A stretch of 63,945 bases of DNA, counting the filler, from Globobulimina sp. (lineage: Eukaryota): the NCBI GenBank assembly GCA_003354225.1. It is 41 parts of 41 records of this genome, joined end to end, with 100 filler letters (N's around TTAATTAATTAA, not from the genome) between each part and the next. Parts side by side here need not be neighbours in the genome. Positions count along the whole stretch, not along the records: positions 46,872 to 48,333 come from PIVH01016308.1; positions 48,434 to 49,895 come from PIVH01016309.1; positions 49,996 to 51,457 come from PIVH01016310.1; positions 51,558 to 53,018 come from PIVH01016311.1; positions 53,119 to 54,579 come from PIVH01016312.1; positions 54,680 to 56,140 come from PIVH01016313.1; positions 56,241 to 57,701 come from PIVH01016314.1; positions 57,802 to 59,262 come from PIVH01016315.1; 33 more parts are not named here. One strand, given 5' to 3'. The notes beneath the pieces were generated by a model that was given only the letters and a program-made list of their open reading frames with translations, did not search any database and was not told where the DNA came from. Shown piece by piece: positions 46,872 to 59,376 of this stretch (position 1 is the first letter of the stretch; each line of letters starts with the position of its first letter). The position numbers and the translations under genes are program-made.

Positions 46872-48310
46872 TCTACATCGAGTCGCTTGATATTGAAATA
46901 AAAAAAATTTATGATTTAGTTAATAAAAAACGGCAAATAAGTTAATGTGATGAAATACACGCATGTATATGATGCTATTGGCGCTAAATCGGGGTTATGT
47001 GTAGTTTGAGTAGCAGTAGCGATATTGATATCAATTGGGGATTTTGTAGGCGTAAACGTAGGTTCTGTTATTTCCCCAAAAGCAATTTCCACTCTGCTAT
47101 ATGGCCATCCATAAATATTATTTTGTCCACTCCCTGTATTTAGCATATAATTATTGGAAAATATTGGTTGCTGTTTAAATGAAAATCCCTGATCACCAAT
47201 AATACCAACACCTGATCCAGAATATAAACATCCACCTTCCATCTGAGCATAATTTGAGATAAACGAGACACTCCCATTAAAGGTTGCAAATGATTTGCCA
47301 TCAGCTGCTATACATCCACCTGATTCTAATGCATAATTATTGCTAAATGTTGTATCAATAAATGTTGGATCACAATCAAAGTCAAGATAGATTGCACCAC
47401 CTTTTTTGGCACATGAATTGCTATCAAATTTGCATGATTTACAAATAAAATTACATTCTACATCAGCAGATATCGCACCTCCTCTCATCACTGCCCTATT
47501 CCCTAAAAAAGCCACATTGATAAATGTTGGTGATTTATTAATGCCACTCCCTCCTTGCAATCCAATGCAATACACAGCACCGCCTTTTCCAGCACTAAAT
47601 AGTTTATAAAAGATGCTATTTACAATTAACAGTTATTGTTGTACTATTCGAATAAATACCAGCTCCGGGATTAGTTGCAGTCGATGACAACACTTCATTC
47701 ACAGATATTGAATTTGCTAATCGCCGTCTATTAGCCACACCACTTCCAGCTGCGATAAAAAGAAAACCATCCAACAATGTATTATCTGCTGCAGTGATTA
47801 TTTGATTACATTGAACTGAGATGGGAGTTATCGCAACTTGGCATGATAGATAAGTTGGATTATCTCGCCAATTTCTGCCCTGCCGATTACTTTCTGTTCC
47901 ATCAAAACCTCCATACATTCGAATATTCTCATATAAAGAAAATGAGCTTTCAATATTCACAGTTTGACCAATACGTTGTTTCCAATCTGGAATTGTCGTC
48001 GGAATATATGTTCCTTTAAAGTATGTAATTTGTGCTGCTGTTGTAGATATTATTCAGAAACAGCAAATTGTTGTACATTCTCTGCTGTTTCTGAATAATA
48101 TCTGTCATATTAAAGGTGAATTTTATTTCAATTACCTTGTTTAACCCATATTTCTCCTCCAATACTCTTCAAATCCTCCAAACATGCTTGAATATCATTA
48201 TACGCGGAGGACCAGGAAGTACCATCTTTAATGGTATTAATATTATCAATATCAACAAAACATAAACTATCAGAAATATTAAATGGATACAGATCAATCT
48301 CTGTTTGCAT
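46872..48310 (-). CDS. Bacterial-type right-handed beta-helix (pectin-lyase fold / Pmp-like repeats) protein, with one intron and one frameshift
   Basis: DGTSWSSAYNDIQ, EIWVKQG|TYIP (intron 48014-48135), MYGGFDGTE..R..RNW..NPTYLS, FxxN...GGAI repeats; frameshift within 47616-47632. Confidence 0.8.
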
Positions 48311-48433
48311 AGTATTCCATACAGATCAATCTCNNNNNNNNNNNNNNNNNNNNNNNNNNNNNNNNNNNNNNNNNNNNTTAATTAATTAANNNNNNNNNNN
48401 NNNNNNNNNNNNNNNNNNNNNNNNNNNNNNNNN

Positions 48434-49722
48434 GTCACCTTTTTTTCATCAAGCTCATCCAATATGTTATCGATAGTTTGTTCGGACACATTGGTGAAAG
48501 CAAAGGCTGTGTTTTCGGACGCCATTTTGAAAATAGTCTTGAAGTAAAAAACATAAATGACTGTATGGATGCTAGGGAGCAAGAAATTGACATACTAATC
48601 GATTCTATGATTGATGGCAATTTATTTTCCAATCAAGATGAGCAGAAACAAGAAACTGCCATCAAATCACTGAAATTAATGCTCCAAAACGAGGACTGCA
48701 GAAAGCATGTATTCCAATGGAGATTATACAATGTGGAAGCATTTGAAACTTTATTTGAAAAAGTATTGGAATGGAACAATTCAAAGATATCAAAAATATT
48801 ATTTGAAGAAAATATTCAAGAAACAATCAATGCGCAATGCAGACGAGCAACGCAAGGATGTACTGGTTCGAGTTTAAAATGTTGGAATCCAATCCATTGT
48901 TTCGTGCAAGCTAAGAACTATGAAATGGTAGAATATATATTGTCGAATGGAGGATGTGTCAATTTATATACTTTGTATCACGGAAGAAGTAACCACCGAT
49001 TTCCATCCTTTTCTGCATCGTATAAAAAAACTGCATTGCTTCTTGCTGTTGGTAATGATGACTGTGATATGGTTAAAATACTTTGTAATGATAAAAATAA
49101 GAAAATTAAATGCAATGTTAATTTATTTGAAGAGTATTTCATGAGAAATGAATGGAACATTTATTTACAAACTCCTTTATGCGTTGCAATTGAATTTGGT
49201 TATATTGACATTATAAAATTACTGATTATCAAAGGCGCGCAGTATTGGATTCCAATTAAATTTGTGTACAAACTGAATGAGGATTATTTAGATGACGATG
49301 AGGATGGATATTTGTTGCAAAGTTTAAATATGAAATGGCTGTCAAGCATAAAAAATAGATACAATGAGAATATCAATGATTTTAAGTCTGCTTTTATTGA
49401 TTACAGGGAAATGGAATTTAAATTGTTTAAGAATGAAGTTGATATAAAATATTATGATGATGTATATGATCATGAACATTATACAAAATATGAACATGAA
49501 CTGGTACACGATTTGAATGGATCTGAATTGTTGAAATTATCAAACCTAAATTGTTCAAAAATTAGTGAAATTGAGGAAATATTTAAGCAAACTTGGTACC
49601 CACAATTGATAGATTTATATCCTAGCAAAATACAAGAATCTATAAAAGTTATCATCAAATATTTTGAGGATAAATATTTCCCAAATCCAGTTACTAACAT
49701 TATCTTGAACTATTTCCTTTGA
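48434..49722 (+). CDS. Ankyrin-repeat protein
   Basis: NYEMVEYILSNGGCVN, TALLLAVGNDDCDMVKIL and TPLCVAIEFGYIDIIKLLIIKGA. Confidence 0.9.
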
Positions 49723-49996
49723 ATGCATAAATTCTTAATCGTTAAAAAATGAATTGAACATACGGTAAAGTTAAAAAATGAATACCCCCCCTCATTCATT
49801 TTGATTAAATTACTGTTCGGCAATACTAATACTATTTATAAAAAAAATTATCATAGATAAAAAATTATCATTCATTTTGATTAAATTATACTAATNNNNN
49901 NNNNNNNNNNNNNNNNNNNNNNNNNNNNNNNNNNNNNNNTTAATTAATTAANNNNNNNNNNNNNNNNNNNNNNNNNNNNNNNNNNNNNNNNNNNNA

Positions 49997-51457
49997 AATG
50001 CGCAAACACCACACCATTCGTTTGGATTTAGGTTTTATTATCATGACTATTTTAAAAATAATGAAAACACCAAAGAAATGATACCCGGTGGTTTTGGCTT
50101 ACAAGATTTTGGAAATACAGCAATAAATCAAATGTTCACATTTAAAGAGTGGTATATTGCTCCGAAATATAAAGATATCAAAGAAGAAATATTAAACAGT
50201 ATACAGCATAAATTAACCATGCTGCAGTATGGCAATACATTGATGAAAGCGACTCTGAAACACAATGCATTGAAGAAAAGTCTTCGAGGAGCAGTAGCAA
50301 TATGGGAGAAAGTGTATGAAATACCGCAAGGTTCTCCAATTACATTACATCATATATTGGCAGTGTTGTTGTATACGAATAATCCCGCATTAGCCTGTCA
50401 ATTCGGCAAATCTTATCGTCAATTATCAGTGTCAGAAACGTGTGATTCACTGAAAAAAAGACACTGTTCATATGCACATTGGGCGAAATTGTTGCGTGAA
50501 ACGGTGGATTGTTGGGGAACATTTTTGGAGCAAGCGGAGTTTGAACATTTTTATCATGGAATTTCCTGCCATTTGTTATTTGCAAAACTTAATGAAAGGT
50601 TTGCTGCGCCCATGTCAGTGACATTACACTTTTCAACTGCAACGATGTTAAGTAATGAAGCAAGTGACAATGGGATTGTTGTTACCTTTGACAATAATCA
50701 GAAGCCAGCTTTATTCTTCGACTGTGTTCCTTGGAGTGATTATCCGGGAGAAATGGAGATGCTTTTTGTCGGTGGATTGACACTGTTGCAAATAGCTGGA
50801 TTGAGTGCCACTGGTAAGACAATCGCTAAATATGATCGATATATTAAAAGCGTTCAGATATTCCAAGCTGTATTGGTGAATGCACAGACGTTATCAGAGC
50901 AAATATCGCCTGTTCAACGGAAGTTAATTGCTGCATTGATTGATACTGTGCTACCCAATGAAAGCAAGGAGGAAAGAGAGGAAATTGAACCAATTCCAAT
51001 GTACATTCAATCATTATTTAAAAACTTATTGAGTAAAATCGGACGTGTTACCATTGATATTGATAGATTGAGTAAACATAAATGTTATGTTGGTAAATGT
51101 AGTGGTGCTCAGTATGGAGGTAAATTATTGTCACATTTTTATTTGACAGAAAAGAAACATCAAATAAAATGGAATGTGTTGGAAAACTTATTTCCTTCCT
51201 TATGGACCATTCATATTTCGCGTTCAGCTAAAATGTCTTCTACATTGAGCGGATTTAAGTTTGTAAAGTCAATAAAGATTACGAAAGAATTATTAAAAAC
51301 AATATTAACACATCTATCTCATGCAAGAAATGATTGGGGGTGGATTGATATCCATTTCCCAACAAACACAAAAAAGCAACTTAATCAATTGATTGATGCT
51401 CATCAAGCCTCGTTCAATAAGACAAAATTTAAATTATTAGTTAAAAAATCAAATAAT
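49997..51457 (+). CDS. ADP-ribosyltransferase-fold protein, paralogue of 25004-26201
   Basis: ILAVLLYTN..L...F.KSYR, FYHGI, APMSVT, NGIVV and WSDYPGEMEMLF; frame open across the whole contig. Confidence 0.65.
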
Positions 51458-51557
51458 NNNNNNNNNNNNNNNNNNNNNNNNNNNNNNNNNNNNNNNNNNN
51501 NTTAATTAATTAANNNNNNNNNNNNNNNNNNNNNNNNNNNNNNNNNNNNNNNNNNNN

Positions 51558-53018
51558 TATGATATACTTACTTGTAACGAAAGTGCAGTATGATTAAAAT
51601 TCATTTTATCAATGTTATATGCACAAAACGAGCCAGTTTGTGTCCACGGAGCTGTACATGCAATGCCTGTTGCTCCAGTATAGGTTGCTACTGTTTTTAT
51701 GTTATTGTTCAGCGTGATTTCAAATTGAATAGTATCGCCATCGAGTAATGAATTATCACTGATATAGAATACAGTTAAAATATCCACTAATTCATGAGGT
51801 GGAACATTATTATAACTGACACTCACAGCGGTTGTTGCAATGGAATCAAATGCGCCATGGACCATATCCCCATCTACAAACAGTGTGTTACTATCGCTCC
51901 ATAATGCTAACTGAGATGGATTGGTGGCATTTTCACAGAAATCTAAGGGATACTTCCAATCCAATGCACAATATTCTAGTCCAATACCGCGTATTTTACA
52001 ACTAGTCTCTGTGGAGGAAGCCAATAATATCTGTAACGTATCATTCGCAGTGAATAAACCTGGCCATGAACAGCTAAAATCAATACTTGCATTGTTAGTT
52101 AATTTACTTTTGACCGTAGCAGTGGTTTGCTGCGTTAATATATCAAATACAAATATAACCAACGGATCAATATCAACATCTAAACCATGCGGCCAGATGA
52201 TATTGTTGCTATCATAGCTTATATTGGAGGCTGGGTCGGGATATATATCAAAGATATTGGCAGTACGGCTTATATTACTTAACGTACTGCCACACGGCGG
52301 ATAAAATGCAACCGTTTTTGGCTGGAAATAAATAGATACGAATTGATGTGAATCTCGCAGTGTAATAATTTCGTTTTTACATCCAATATTTGAGTCAGTG
52401 CGCACCGTAATTTTAAGTGAGGACTGAGAGGCAGTTTGCATGTCGACGTAGGTAGAAGACGCTAATAACCATTCGGATTTTTTCTTTGTATTTGCATAAA
52501 AAGAATACATATAACCACCATACCCATTGGCATAAAAATATTGCACTTGCGAATTAGTTATGATTTCGTTCAATTTTAGAAAATCGCTCAATTCTAAATC
52601 ATAAGAAGGGCAACCGACGTATACAAAATCTGTAGGGGATGGTGTTGGTGCCAATGTAGTTAATGACAATGCATTTGAATGTGTATCGCTTGCAGTCTCA
52701 TTACTTTGTGATGTATCAATGCATAAATTATTATGTCCATAATACAATTTGCTACTGCCAGTGTCTACATTTTCAAATTTTAATATAATTTCATTCAGAT
52801 TCACATTATTTACAGTAAAAGAATAGTCTGCTCTGCAAATTAAGCTTTGCGCAGTGATTTTATTATCAATCGAGGTGCCAGATATAGCATCATATGCAAT
52901 TGGTGTCGGACAATGGCTGCTGTTATGATAAAATGTCTTGACATGAGAATTACCATTAAAAGAGAATGATATTTTTCTGGTGGCAGTTCCATCCGTATTT
53001 ATGGTGTAAAATGAGAAA
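51558..53018 (-). CDS. Fragment of a large, probably extracellular hypothetical protein
   Basis: >430-codon Ser/Thr/Asn-rich frame with a PTPSPT linker. Confidence 0.6.
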
Positions 53019-53394
53019 NNNNNNNNNNNNNNNNNNNNNNNNNNNNNNNNNNNNNNNNNNNNTTAATTAATTAANNNNNNNNNNNNNNNNNNNNNNNNNN
53101 NNNNNNNNNNNNNNNNNNACACAATTAACAAACGATTTGGTTGATTCAATAATATCTGAACATAATTCCGATTGTTCTGGTGTAATAATTCTCACTTTGC
53201 CATTCTCATCAAAAGATATCGAAGCTGCCATATTTTTTTAAGCTTAAATTGCAAGTCCACACAATGTCACATCACAAAAAAAACTCAACATTCGCCAACG
53301 TTCCATTTGCTGGTACGTTGAGTCAATATCCATCCATTTATTATGTATAATAATTAATATCCACACATATCTGATCTACATAGAGAGCAACGGT

Positions 53395-54267
53395 TTGGAT
53401 GATTTCATTGGTTTCAGTGTCGAAGAAACCAATTTAAAGCAAGAAATAATTGCATTACAAGACATAGTTTATGAGAAAGATAAAATAATTCGAATATTAC
53501 GTACCGAAAACGACGCATTAAAAAACCAATTACGATCCAAACGAGCAAGCAAATCCAGCACCGCTTCTGACACAGCCTCAGATCACAACAATTTAAGTGT
53601 AGCAAACCTAAAATCTGTCAAACTGCAATCGCCGACCTCACAAACCACGGAAGGTTCAGCCTTATTTTCCAAGACCTTCTCACAGACTTTGCCCATGAAA
53701 ATGAAAAGTAATCGAAACAGCCATTTGACCAAAAGCGCCGATGACGAGTTAAAGCATCAAATCAGTGCCTCGTTAAATAATTTCTTGGATACATTGGATT
53801 TTAAATTCAAAGAGGACGACGAGGATATGATGAGTGCGGTGGTGGAGAATACCGAAGATAATGAAGATGAGATATATGTCATCCATCCGCCAAATGTCAT
53901 GGATATTGATGGCAATTTGCCGCAATTACGGAGGTCTTCGCTGACTGAGGAAGAACAGCAACAAATGGAGTTGCAGGCAGTCAATGACATGAAATCAAAG
54001 ACTAAGAATGCAAATAATCAGTATATAGCCACTACGCCGTATAATAATGTCATATTTAATGATTCGTCCGTTAATAATATGAATATGAATATAATTAATC
54101 ATCATAACCATCAGGAGCTGGATCAGCAAGTCATTTGGTTCAAAAATGAGATTATTGGCTTACAAAACGAAATTCAACGGATGAAACTGACGAAAATTGA
54201 ATTGATCATTACCGCTTCGAATGAAATAAATCATTTAAGAAATATTATACGGACACATACAAAGTGA
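53395..54267 (+). CDS. Hypothetical coiled-coil protein
   Basis: 290-aa ORF with terminal heptad segments; start uncertain. Confidence 0.6.
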   Translation: MDDFIGFSVEETNLKQEIIALQDIVYEKDKIIRILRTENDALKNQLRSKRASKSSTASDTASDHNNLSVANLKSVKLQSPTSQTTEGSALFSKTFSQTLPMKMKSNRNSHLTKSADDELKHQISASLNNFLDTLDFKFKEDDEDMMSAVVENTEDNEDEIYVIHPPNVMDIDGNLPQLRRSSLTEEEQQQMELQAVNDMKSKTKNANNQYIATTPYNNVIFNDSSVNNMNMNIINHHNHQELDQQVIWFKNEIIGLQNEIQRMKLTKIELIITASNEINHLRNIIRTHTK

Positions 54268-54679
54268 TCGATGCCAAATAAATCAAATTATTGTAATATT
54301 GTAATTTGTGCAAGGATATATATTATAAACTGTAGAAATCGTTTTTTGTTTTAATATTTATTTTTTTGTATAAACATGTGTTGTTTTGTTGTTGTTTTAT
54401 CGAGCAAATATGAGCAATTTTAGAGTAATTCCACAACACAAGACAACGGATTGAAAATTTTTAAGTAGAGTTATTTTGGTTTTTGAGCACAAGACATGCC
54501 ATGAATTTCTCCGTCGTCCGGTTCAGCGCGAACCACCATATGATTGATAGGATCGGCAATGTTATTTTGAAATTGATTGNNNNNNNNNNNNNNNNNNNNN
54601 NNNNNNNNNNNNNNNNNNNNNNNTTAATTAATTAANNNNNNNNNNNNNNNNNNNNNNNNNNNNNNNNNNNNNNNNNNNN

Positions 54680-54800
54680 CAAAACTTCTGGCCTTCGGCC
54701 AGAGATCACTCCTAATGCACGAAATTATGGTTCAGAACACCGATTTTCCCAAAACTTATGGCCTTCGGCCAGAAATCACTCCTAATGCATCAAATTATGC
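54680..54800. repeat. ~70-bp tandem repeat carrying a GGCC-TTCG-GCC hairpin
   Basis: caaaactt(c/a)tggccttcggccaga(g/a)atcactcctaatgca occurs twice. Confidence 0.9.
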
Positions 54801-55703
54801 TTTCAGCTTTATTATGCTTTTTGGTGGTTTCGCTCTCTCGGACCTCAAGCAGACAGTACATACATGACTCATATTAGATGGTTAAATAAAGAAGATAAAC
54901 AAGGCAAACAAACAATTTTAAAAATCAGGGAACTTTGGTTTGGAATCGGGGAAAAGTCAGGGAATTTAGGTTTCGGATTTGCGCAAGAACCCTGATATTA
55001 CTTCGTGCCCTTTGGTTATATAGTTAAATAGCAAAGATGCTAATTTCGTACAGTAATTGTGCATTAAAATTTTTAAGGGGTTGACGTGACGCTGCCGCGT
55101 CAAGCCAGATTTATTTGAATCATTGATCGATTGAAGCAACAAAGTGGGAAAGTTTGTATTAAATCAATAGGGTTCAGTTCAGTTACCGCAATATTTGAAG
55201 TTACGGTGTTACTGGTCAGACAGCAATGTGTACCTACCCCTTTATTGCTTTACATATTTTACCTACCCCTTTATTGCCCGACAGCTTTATTGCTTCACTC
55301 GGAAGCAACATACAGTATTGTGTAGTAGCTATAGCTAGCAAACAGTTTCTTGAAATATCATGACTTGGCAGGGCACAAACCCACCGCACTCACTCACTAT
55401 AAATAAATTTATTACAGCTATTAATGTTGTCAGTTCGATGAATGTTACAACGAGGATGGAAAAGGAATTAGAAAATTTGTTGGCCTATTACAAGCAACAT
55501 TTCCCCGTACTCTGGGTTGTCTGGTTGATAATATCTGACCTCTGCAAATTGATAATTCCTGCCCACAGATTGAATATGTCAAAGGTATGTAGGCACCATA
55601 AAAGTTTTTCGATATTTTCAAAACATTAACTTAACATAACATCATAACAATGCAGGCAAAGGTCGAGCAAAATATGTCGCATCGAAATTTTTTGAGACAA
55701 TAA

Positions 55704-55821
55704 TTAGAGTCAACCTGACCCGACCCCAGCCCTTTGTAAACCCGACCCGACCCGCCTCTCAAAATTATGACCCGAAACCCGAACTTGAGTCGGGCGGGTC
55801 AGGTCAAAAGTTTCAACTCTG
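55704..55821. mobile_element. Non-autonomous DNA-transposon remnant with ACCCGA subterminal motifs
   Basis: Clustered acccga motifs; acctgacccg...cgggtcaggt inverted pair. Confidence 0.45.
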
Positions 55822-56240
55822 ATAGTGATTATAAGCCTGTAAATAACAAGCTATCCAAAAATTTTGAAAATATTCCAAAAGAACTATTATTTTATAACTT
55901 GTTAGTTTCGGCCTCAATTGTGGACAATATGAAACATAAACTAAACGGGCCACCGAAAAATAACGAATACAACAGTGAGTGGATTAGAGTAAACGCCTAA
56001 TTGTTTTGTTAGAAAACTTTGTACATAGGTATATCGGGCCGCGCGCGATAGCGCGCGCAGCCCTTTAATATTTCAACCCCACCTGTTGTGGCTATACTGA
56101 GAGACAATATGCTAATCACAATTAAACCGCTAGGCCAATTNNNNNNNNNNNNNNNNNNNNNNNNNNNNNNNNNNNNNNNNNNNNTTAATTAATTAANNNN
56201 NNNNNNNNNNNNNNNNNNNNNNNNNNNNNNNNNNNNNNNN

Positions 56241-56802
56241 AAATAATTTCATATCTCCCATATCATTGGCTATTATTGACAGCAATGCCAATCGCACAAA
56301 TACATTAAATGAGGAGGAAAAGAAAGAAAATGCCCATGCATTTAATATCAAATATAAAAACAAGAAGAAACGTAAAAAAAGATTGGGATTATCAATTGAT
56401 ATCCATTGGATGTACGAATACAGTCGACATTTATTTGTAAAATATATTGATAGGGACGCGGATTTATCCATAAATGTATCACATTGCGTTCGTAAACCGT
56501 TATGGGATGTATTTAGTAAAGAGTTCAGCGATGAAGCCTTCCAAAAGATAATGTTGACCCATCATAAGGCATTGAATAAAATACATTTATCACCAAATGA
56601 TGAAATAATGTTAATTCAAACATATTTATATCATGCTTTTGATATCGCATTTGATGCTGTTTGGAAATTATTAAAACGTGATACTTTTTTTAGATTTCAA
56701 AAAACAAAGCAATATCAAATCCTTTGTAAAGACATTAATGCTGAAAAATTACAGGGACAGAGAGATCAAAATGAGAGAATATTCAATCAGTATGCGGAAT
56801 GA
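56241..56802 (+). CDS. RGS domain protein, C-terminus
   Basis: LFVKYIDRDADLSINVS...AFDIAFDAVWKLLKRDTFFRF. Confidence 0.85.
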
Positions 56803-56962
56803 TGATGAGATTCCATGAGAACGAATTGAAAACTGCTTAAATTATTAAATAAGTCTTTTTTTTTGATGAAGAACTGGTACTTTTTCTGTTTGATGAAGAA
56901 TGTAATTTTGTGTAAATTAAACTTACTAAGAATTAAAAAACATTGTATTACTCCCATCGATC

Positions 56963-57701
56963 ATGTCACTATTAAAGCAGACACACCTTCTACAATTGAT
57001 TAAGTTAAAACTGCTCCAATCATATAGATACTCTTTGTAGACACATGTATATATTTGCAACGAACAGAGGTATCAACGTCCATAATCTAGTTTCCATAAT
57101 TCGGATTGCAGAAACTGCAGAACGTTATGAAGATAGTTTAGTAATTGAACCATAAACAAAGTTGTTCTTCATTCCCCTGCCTACTGCTACTAAATCTAAA
57201 CAGTGTGCTATTTGGTGAAACATTTAGTTATGTTAACATCTGAGAATAATGTTGATTTGGATGTGGAGCAACAAAATTTGTTTTCCGTTGCATTCAAAAA
57301 TGTGGTTGGATCAAAGCGAGCTTCCTGGTGTGATATACATGCATATAATATTAATATATAAGGACAATCCAACAAATATTATATTTAAATAGGAGAACAT
57401 TAGCTGGATCTGTAGACATTGCTGATGTTGACAGCAAATTAATAAACGGATATAAGAATATTATCGCAAACGAAATAGAAATTTTGTGTTTAGGCGTAAT
57501 CAATCTGTTGGAAAGTCATTTAATTAAAAACAATACAAATCATTTCTATTACAAAATGACTGCTGATTATTATCGATATTTATCAGAGGTTTCTGAGAAT
57601 GCAGAATATAAAAATAAATGTGAATATTATTATGATAAAGCCATGGGATGTTTGAATGAATTGGCGTTTACTCATCCAACGCGATTAGGTATGTCGTTAA
57701 G
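56963..57701 (+). CDS. Divergent 14-3-3 protein, multi-exon, 3'-truncated
   Basis: [11 protein letters not shown] (intron 57136-57203), [19 protein letters not shown] (intron 57328-57392), [22 protein letters not shown]; possible first intron 57004-57067. Confidence 0.93.
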
Positions 57702-57801
57702 NNNNNNNNNNNNNNNNNNNNNNNNNNNNNNNNNNNNNNNNNNNNTTAATTAATTAANNNNNNNNNNNNNNNNNNNNNNNNNNNNNNNNNNNNNNNNNNN
57801 N

Positions 57802-59262
57802 AGATATAGCCGATTATATGTTGGATATGGACCAGGCGTTTTGGAAATATTCGGCTAAATCTTGGCGGGAAATTGAGAAATTATTGGGGGCAAAATTACC
57901 GTTCCCGCAGCACAAATATGATACACCAAAAATAAAAATAGATGATAAAAAAGAAGATGATAAAAAAGAAGATGATGAACAGCAAAATGACAAAAATAAT
58001 ATTGAAAATAGCCTACAATGTCCACTTTGCGGTAAAATGGTTGAGTTTGGACAAGTGATGAATGAGCATGTCAATAAATGTCTGGACAACGTGATCCATG
58101 TTCTGGATGAACAGAAGCAAGAGGCTGAAAACAAAAATATAATCACTGCACATTTACATTCTGTGAAATCAACTAAAAAAATGTTAGGTATAAACACTAT
58201 GACCACTGAATTAGCAAAAGATGGATTGACTCAAATCATTGATGAAATAAAAGAAGAGAAAAAAGAATGTCAGAACGATGAGTTTGGATTTAAATATGCA
58301 GTGCCTTTGCCTGATGCAAATAACAATAACATTGAGCTTAAACAACCAGATCGAAATGATATATATTTAGATGAATATATTTATGACAAAGATTTTGATC
58401 AACATGGTATTTTATATGCGTTGGGCACCTCATTCCATCAGGAATCGTATGTAAATCCACATAATTCTGGTTTAGTCAATGTCAAAGTGTATAAAGTTAA
58501 AAAAGATTCGGCAGATATTCGACATATTGTCGGTAGAGATGCAGTGAAATGTTACACTGAGGATGTTGCCAATGCCTGGTTCAGCATTGATTTTAAAGAT
58601 TTCTTCATCTGCCCATCCGTGTATACCTTGCGTCATTATAACGCGCATGATATCAATGCTCTGCGCAGTTGGGAGTTTCAAGGCTCTCACGATGGGATGC
58701 AATGGAATGTAATCAAAGCGCATGAAAATGATCAACATTTGAATAAAAAATCCAAGAGTCATAGTTGGGAGGTTTCCGGCAGTTCATATTATAATAAGTT
58801 TAGGATACAAATGACCCAGAAAAATGATAATGGCTGTTGGAATTTGTGTTGTTCTGGCTTTGAAATCTATGGTACATTGCGCTTAAAGAAATGTTATACG
58901 AATCACAAAACACCATTTGATACAAACGGCATATTGTATAATCTGGGCAAATTATTTGACACCAATCCAAATTGGAAGAATCCGGTGGATATTGTCATTA
59001 ATAAACAGACATTAATTCAGTTGGAGAGTACTAAAATGCTGCATGATTCACAGGCAAATAAATATTTGATCGGCAGAGAGTTGACCCGCTGTATTACTAT
59101 GCAAACAGCGCAACCCTATTTTTGTCTTAATTTTAATCAGTTACAAATTGAAGCAACACATTATTCATTGCGACATTATAACTCTTTATCTTCTGAATGT
59201 CTCAGGAATTGGGTATTTGAAGCAAGCAATGATGATGATGAGGATGACTGGATAATCTTATC
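57802..59262 (+). CDS. Protein with UBZ-type zinc finger and tandem HECTD1-like discoidin (F5/8 type C) domains
   Basis: CPLC...NEHVNKC; two copies of FD.xGILY.LG...NP...Y(T/S)LRHY...LR(S/N)W.F. Confidence 0.8.
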
Positions 59263-59376
59263 NNNNNNNNNNNNNNNNNNNNNNNNNNNNNNNNNNNNNN
59301 NNNNNNTTAATTAATTAANNNNNNNNNNNNNNNNNNNNNNNNNNNNNNNNNNNNNNNNNNNNTCTACTCAAAAAAA

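Noticed and set aside
47596-47623. Tiny GT-AG intron to repair the beta-helix frameshift
   Set aside because: Splicing it does not restore the frame, and the segment translates as a sensible repeat (VNSIFYKLFSAGKGGAV)
17331-57701. Apparent signalling gene cluster (G-alpha, RGS proteins, 14-3-3)
   Set aside because: G-alpha and the TM-RGS gene are on separate length-sorted contigs; only the RGS C-terminus and 14-3-3 share a contig
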